This document shows, piece after piece, positions 57,674 through 64,000 of a stretch of 64,000 nt of DNA. The translations under genes were made by a program, and so were the position numbers. The stretch comes from Chrysomallon squamiferum (Eukaryota; Animalia; Mollusca). The notes below the pieces were generated by a model. The model was not told where the DNA came from, made no database searches, and saw only the letters and a list, made by a program, of their open reading frames with translations. Within the stretch, counting starts at the first letter, position 1. Each line of letters starts with the position of its first letter. The DNA is taken from assembly GCA_012295275.1 (NCBI GenBank), contig CM022665.1, positions 24,800,001-24,864,000 of the forward strand. Reading direction: 5' to 3'.

Positions 57674-58234
57674 CATCATCGTCATTATTTCATATATCCA
57701 AAGACATATACATATACACACCTCGACTCATATTTAAATGCAAACACAGATTTCTTCTCAGTCCACACTCAGTCACACGCACAGATACACTTGCATTACC
57801 ACATCCCTGGCATTCTTTGTATTGCTTGATCTTCACTGTCACTTTCCTGTAATAATGTGGATTTGTCCCTGACAAATACTAATACTAATACATCATCTTT
57901 ACAACATCATTATAACAAGAACAACAACAACAAAGTCATTAACCTTGCGCCTCAGGAGTTGAAGTCTCGATGAACATACATACTGTGACCTTTGCTCGTG
58001 TTTCTCTCAGGTAAAGCGTTTAGAACAGACGAGAAGAATAATGATTAATAACGAGAAACTATTAAGGAACTGAACGTTTAAAATACAACAGCGCCATGTG
58101 TGATGGAAGAAAACAGAAAATGAGTGAAGGGCAAATCCGATGACTTTGAATATTTTAAACATTAAGAACTTAGGACAATGGTATGCAAGATCTTAATTAT
58201 AACGAGCGGATTATAGCTTAAAGTCTGAAGGTAG

Positions 58235-58325
58235 CTGGATCAGTTTCCCGTTCCTACCAAAGTCTCACCACAAGTTTATTTGATGCAGTATTTCCAGCCT
58301 ATAGGAAGGTGCATATTTCTGCTCT
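58235..58325 (+). mobile_element. SINE core fragment
   Basis: TTTCCCGTTCCTACCAAAG...TTTCCAGCCTATAGGAAGGTGCATAT is colinear with the reverse complement of 15545-15642. Confidence 0.4.
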
Positions 58326-58361
58326 CCGTTTCTGTTAATTTTTTATGTACAGTACTTAGCG

Positions 58362-58530
58362 TTTTCTGCTGCAGTTTATGTTAACGTACGAAACTTAGAA
58401 CTTAGCGTGGAGCTTATTTACGTCTGCAATAGTATGTTAACCCGTTATTTCTGCTACAGTTTATGTTAACCTGTGAAACGTAGCAGCTCGAATGGGGCTC
58501 ATTTTGTGTTACAGGTTTGTGTTAATCTTT
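58362..58530 (+). repeat. Degenerate ~86-bp tandem duplication
   Basis: TTTCTGCTGCAGTTTATGTTAACGTACGAAACTTAG...GGAGCTTATTT...TATGTTAAC versus TTTCTGCTACAGTTTATGTTAACCTGTGAAACGTAG...GGGGCTCATTT...TGTGTTAAT. Confidence 0.7.
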
Positions 58531-59271
58531 CAAATTTATGATCTGAGTAACGCTAGCGAGTTTCACTCGTGCACGTCGTATCAGTTTCTGTTTCACGCTT
58601 TCTAGCAAAGCTCTTAATTTATTGCCGCTCATTTTCAGTTTCCAGTTTAAAGATAAAACATCGCAGTTTCTGTACAAATGTTAAAATGAGTTATGGTTTG
58701 TAAATTAGTGAATTAGAGTTTTACAAAAAACACACAAAAAAACAACAAAGAAATGGATTAAATAAAATCTTTTCTTACACTAATCTGATATATTTAAATA
58801 ACAACAACAACAACAACAACAACAGCAACATCAAAGCTAGCGTCATCAGCATCTCTACATGAATAAAAAGGAATTAATTAACTATTATTATTACTACAGC
58901 TACTGCTGTTGCTACTGTTATTACTACTACGACAACTACGACCACTACTACTGCTACTACTAATCAGTGCCAAAGTAATCTAAGCTATTCCATCTCATAT
59001 AACGCAAATAAAGAACGGATTCTGCCCTGACCACGCAAAATACTTAAAAAAAGAACTAAATACGAAAACGTTTTCCAGAAGACATAACATGCATTAGATA
59101 TTAAATTATTCTCTCACAGTAACATAATAAATAATAACAGATAACAGATATTTTGAACCTTTGTCTTCATTTTTTCTTTCTTTCTGTTATTCTCGTTAGA
59201 ATTCTTCTTAGCTCTACTGAGTAACATTTATCTGAGAAACGTAACGTATTTCTTGTACGTAGTAACAAAAT

Positions 59272-59720
59272 TCACAAGATGGCGCTGCACCTTTATTTTC
59301 CAGAGCTGTACCGTGGGGCGTACAGCATCGTTTTTTATTTTATTTTACATAGCACGTTCGTATATTCCGACTGAACGGACAGAATCACCAGATATCCGCT
59401 GCATCATCTATTTTTCTATTTCTGTAGCACGTACTAATATACAAGCTAAATCAACTTAACTGCTAGATGGTGCTAATTCTTCAGCACGAACTTATATACA
59501 CACAAAAGATACCGAATTTATTAGACGAGGCTGAACAGTCATTTTTCTTATACCGCAGCAAGTGCGTTCACGCTAAAGTCGCTAAATGGCGTTACGTTTT
59601 CATTTTTCTTTTTTCATTTTGTATGCATGGATAAAGGAAGAACGCACGTAATTGCTACATCGCGCTGCATCGTCAATTTTTCCTACGGTATAGATTCATG
59701 CAGAACGCAAAATGGCGTTG
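59272..59720 (+). promoter_or_regulatory. Cluster of four co-oriented CTCF/YY1-like motifs
   Basis: TCACAAGATGGCGCT (59272), CTGCTAGATGGTGCT (59460), TCGCTAAATGGCGTT (59579) and ACGCAAAATGGCGTT (59705), compared with CTCF core CCRCYAGRKGGCGCT and YY1 AANATGGCG. Motif resemblance only. Confidence 0.4.
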
Positions 59721-60097
59721 GCGCCGTCGGTGAAACTATTTGTTGATTGGCCACGGTTCATCACAGAATTAGTCTGCAGTCTTTCTTCTTGTTGAACCAT
59801 GCTGATTGTGTTTGTGATACAGGATAGCATGGCACGGCGAAAACACTCTGGTGTTCGTGTACAAAACACAAAACAATCTCTATCCATTTATTTTCTAATA
59901 GTAAACATTTCTCATACTGCTTGTTTGTTTTCTTTTTTTCTTTGTTTCCATTTATATGTTTAATTATATCTTGGAGGATTACTTTTTGTTCTGCTGTTTT
60001 GTTTGTATTATTATTTTTTTTTTTTTTATGTTGAACACAGTTTTATCTTGCTTCTAACGTAACAGTTATATATGTATGTATGTATGTCCCTCCCTCC

Positions 60098-60201
<104 letters not shown>

Positions 60202-63200
60202 CATAAAGAGAGAGAGAGAAAAATAAATAAATATATATATGCGTAAATACATACCGACAGACAGACAAATACAGACAGAGATAGATAGACTGATAGATAG
60301 ATTATAAATTAATCATCGATTTCATTTCTTCTAGATGAACAGTATTTCAAATAACTGGGCTGTTACGTGAGACATATAGAATTTCTGTCAACCTGCAGAT
60401 GAAATATTATCAACATTCGGATTATGTCGCATTTGATTAATTATTTGCTCGGACGCGACAGAAAAAGTAACAGTTATAGATTACATAATGGAAAATATGC
60501 TACTGGAATTGCTAATTGTGAATGATAAATTAATTAAAGAATATACGATCTCATGTATTTTGTTTAAACCCAAATCCATGGACTTCTCTTACCGGTTACG
60601 AAGTAGCAAAATATATTTTTTATATACACCTTCCCAAGGATTTAAGTACATTTTGTACGCTTTTTAATACAACAGTTGTGCAGTTTGGTTCTTTCCAGTC
60701 TAATCTTAACAAAATAAATTTCTCTCTTTGCGATTCAGTTTATCGATTTCGTAAACATTAACAATGGAAATAAGGACACATAAGGTTGTAATATCGATCA
60801 AATTAGAAGTTTATAGAAAAAAGAAAAAATTGTCAGAATGAGGAGGAGGAGTGGATAGAAATAGCAAGAAAAACAACAACAAAAGAAACAAGATTCTAAG
60901 AAATGGCAAAAGTAATAGAGGCCCCTCGGTAAATCCAATTAACCAATTAAACCATATCAGTATTCTACTTATTGTATATGCTTTGTTGCTGATCGTAATC
61001 ACAGCGATTACACCTTCCGTAGATGCTATCAAATTATAGCGATATTCCAGTCTCGATACACGACCGTTTCGATGAATATCCTTTGCACATTAGCAACACA
61101 CGGTTAATGTTATAATAACAGAGTTTAGAATCGGCGGCGGTAAATGCCAATGTTATGAGCTAAATATTTGTTTTATCTTTCGAACAGTAGGTAAAAGATA
61201 TGTGGCACGAGCTGTGGGTAATACGAGGGATATCACACATCTGTGATGTAAAGGTTACTTTATTGTTGTAAGATACTCTCCTGTCTTGTAAGATCAAATA
61301 GCTTTATTTACCTTGATATCGGTTCATTCTGTTCACATTTATGTTGTTTTCGTTGTCCATCGATATACTGCCATTGTCGTTAAGAGAATTAAGAGAATAA
61401 AAAGAAAATGTGTTTTAGTAATAAAAGGAAAGGTAAGAATGAGAAAGAAAGAAGGAACGGGATAGAATTTAAAAAAAAATATTTTTCAGCTAATGTGAAC
61501 TATTTTTTTCACGGAATGTGCATTTTTACCTATTTTTGCTAACACACAAACACCTATAGATATGCCGACATGTATCCACAACCTCACATGCATGCCTTCT
61601 TTATGAAATATTGATATTATATTTGAAATATCTCAGTTAACATTTTCCTTTTTTCCTTTTATTTTTTAAAGTTTTACACCTCTTCGTCTTCTTGAAAAAT
61701 GCATTTTAAAAATGAACAAGTCACTGGCATAAGAAATTTTATCAATATAATTTATCATTTTGTTCCAATTTTTCGACTAGAGGAGTTCAAACCAGATGGT
61801 TCCCAGCAACCTTTATCAGCTACCAGATATTCGTAGAGCTGCTAAAACACAAGAAAGAAAGAAAGAAAAAAAGATTCTGGTTTCTAGTGCATACGTTAGA
61901 GAACTGCTCTCCGAAGCGCCATCCATGTCACCGTAATGGAGCCGATAACCTACTTGTGTTTGATGTACAAGTTTTTGCAGCAAGACATGAAAGCGATAAA
62001 AGAGTTTGTTTAACCACTCTGTCAAAATACTTACACTGATTTACCCTGCAAAATGATTTTTTCCCCCTTCATTTATTTATTTATTCTGATGTACACTTTT
62101 GACTACCTTTTGCTGCGGTTCTGTTTCTTGTGGAACGATATGCGAGCGATAAAAAGTGTCGACATATCGAATCTGTGTCAACAACACAGATAACAGTCTA
62201 CTGATGGCGGTCATAAAATATGACTACTGCAGACTCAAGGATTCTTGTTTCAGCTGAAATTCAGTCTGAATGATTTGAAAAATGGCTTTGACAGAACTGC
62301 TGATGATACAAAAAGTAATGGTTCCACTACTTGTTGCACCAGTGACTGTTGCGTTAGTAGAAGTATAAAGCGCTGTACTAGCTGCTCTACTCGATAGAAC
62401 GGAATAGCTGATTTATAACTGCAATGGAAATATTTGTTGTAGCAATAATAATAGTAGCTGAGTAGCAGTGGCAATGGTATAAGTAGTAAAAGCAGCAACA
62501 GCAGTAGTAATGGTAATAACGTAGAAATAGTATTAGCAGAAGTAGTAGTCGTTTTAGAAATAGTTATAGTAGTTGTAGCTATTATTATCATTTCATGAAG
62601 TTTTTTTATTTATTACAAAAATAAAAAATTAAATTAAAAAAAAATTAAAAATTAAAAAAGAAAGGGAAAAAATTACAAAGCATCTTGAAACAAAAATAGA
62701 TTTAAAATTTCCAATGCACAGATGGTACAGGAATGTCCGAATGACCATGTATTTTTCAACGGCCACTGCGTTCCAAGCATTGAGCGAATTTTCAATGATC
62801 AAGTTCTGCTTCTGGAATAAATTTGAAATCGCGAAACATGTGCTGGTCAAAGGTAGCTTTGTATTAAGAATGATTGTTCAGCTGACCAACACGGACACGC
62901 TGTCGGCTAGTTCTCTTTGTTTAAAGACTCCGTGTTTCATCAGATGACTGGTAAGAAAAAGTATGTGCAGAGAAAAATACGAGAGGCTTGGGATATTGAA
63001 TATTCAGTACAGTTTTGTTTAGTTATTTTAGTAGTACAAGAAATATAAAATTATAAATTTATTCTTTTCATCCGTTTTTTTTTTTTTTTTTTTGGTTTTG
63101 TTGTATTTCAAAGTTACCGTGTGCAGGATTTCAGAAAATGGGTATGTAAATGAATATATTATTTACTATGCTATAATGTGATATAAAATAAAAAATTTAA

Positions 63201-64000
63201 AAAAGCAACAATAAATAAATTAAAAAAAACCCAACAACAAACAAAGAAAAAAACAAAAAAACAACAACAACAAACAAACAAAAAATAAAAACAGAACAAA
63301 CAATATTATAACAAGAAAAAACAACAAGTGTGTTGACTGCTCCGGTAATTTCGCCATAAAGGCGCACATATGCAGTAAACAAAACGATACAAATTAATTT
63401 AGCAACAACAGCAATTTTAGATTTTAACAGAAACGCTATCTCTGTTCAGCCAGCTTACCTAGATGCACATATTTGCCATGACTTACGTTTTTTTTCTATT
63501 TATTTTAAGAGATGATGGTATGAAAAAGAGAAGCTGTATATGTTTGTCAAATACTGAGCGATTCCAAGAGAAGAGAAACACTGATGTAGCATCCATGGAG
63601 AAACAAAGCAACTTGGTTGTTGACGTCATCATGACGTAATACTACGCTTGTTGTACTAACACTACTAAATTCACTAAATTTATCTCGGTTGTTAACTAAG
63701 ATAATATATTCATAGTAGTAGTAGTGTTAAATGTTTTTATTATTACTTAAATTTGCTAACGTCGTTTGCCAATAAAGAACTTTCAGTACCGCATATGTCG
63801 CTTAACATAAGCTAGAACTGTTTAGCAAAATCTAAGTGATCAAAACAAGGAAAGCGCCCAGTATTAAACATTTGTTTGCAAATAAAAGTTCGACCGTACA
63901 GAACCTGTTAGAGACACTCGTATGCCTGTACTTATCATACACACCCTTATGCATGCATTGACTACACCCACGCACGCGCATATACTTAGCACACACACAC

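Overview
AT-rich, microsatellite-dense eukaryotic genomic DNA, probably from an invertebrate and most likely a mollusc. That call is an inference from the protein domain mix and from SINE remnants. I found one protein-coding gene, on the minus strand at 1083-6518. I spliced it by hand from six GT-AG exons (103+122+88+438+156+188 = 1095 nt, open end to end) into a 364-aa secreted protein. Its order is: signal peptide, antistasin-like domain, follistatin-N-like module, Pro/Thr-rich linker, lustrin/WR1-like Cys repeat, Kunitz, Kunitz. A TATA/CRE-containing promoter candidate lies at about 7.0-7.35 kb. The remaining ~57 kb has no convincing coding exon. It holds microsatellites, decayed tRNA-SINE copies, two small MITEs, a 127-bp near-perfect inverted repeat enclosing 3.7 kb, a perfect 20-bp hairpin, a cluster of four co-oriented CTCF/YY1-like sites and several CpG-rich unique islands. 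Nearly all other listed ORFs are microsatellite artefacts. I see no evidence of a novel multi-gene system. The best leads are the mosaic inhibitor protein, the long inverted repeat and the insulator-like cluster.
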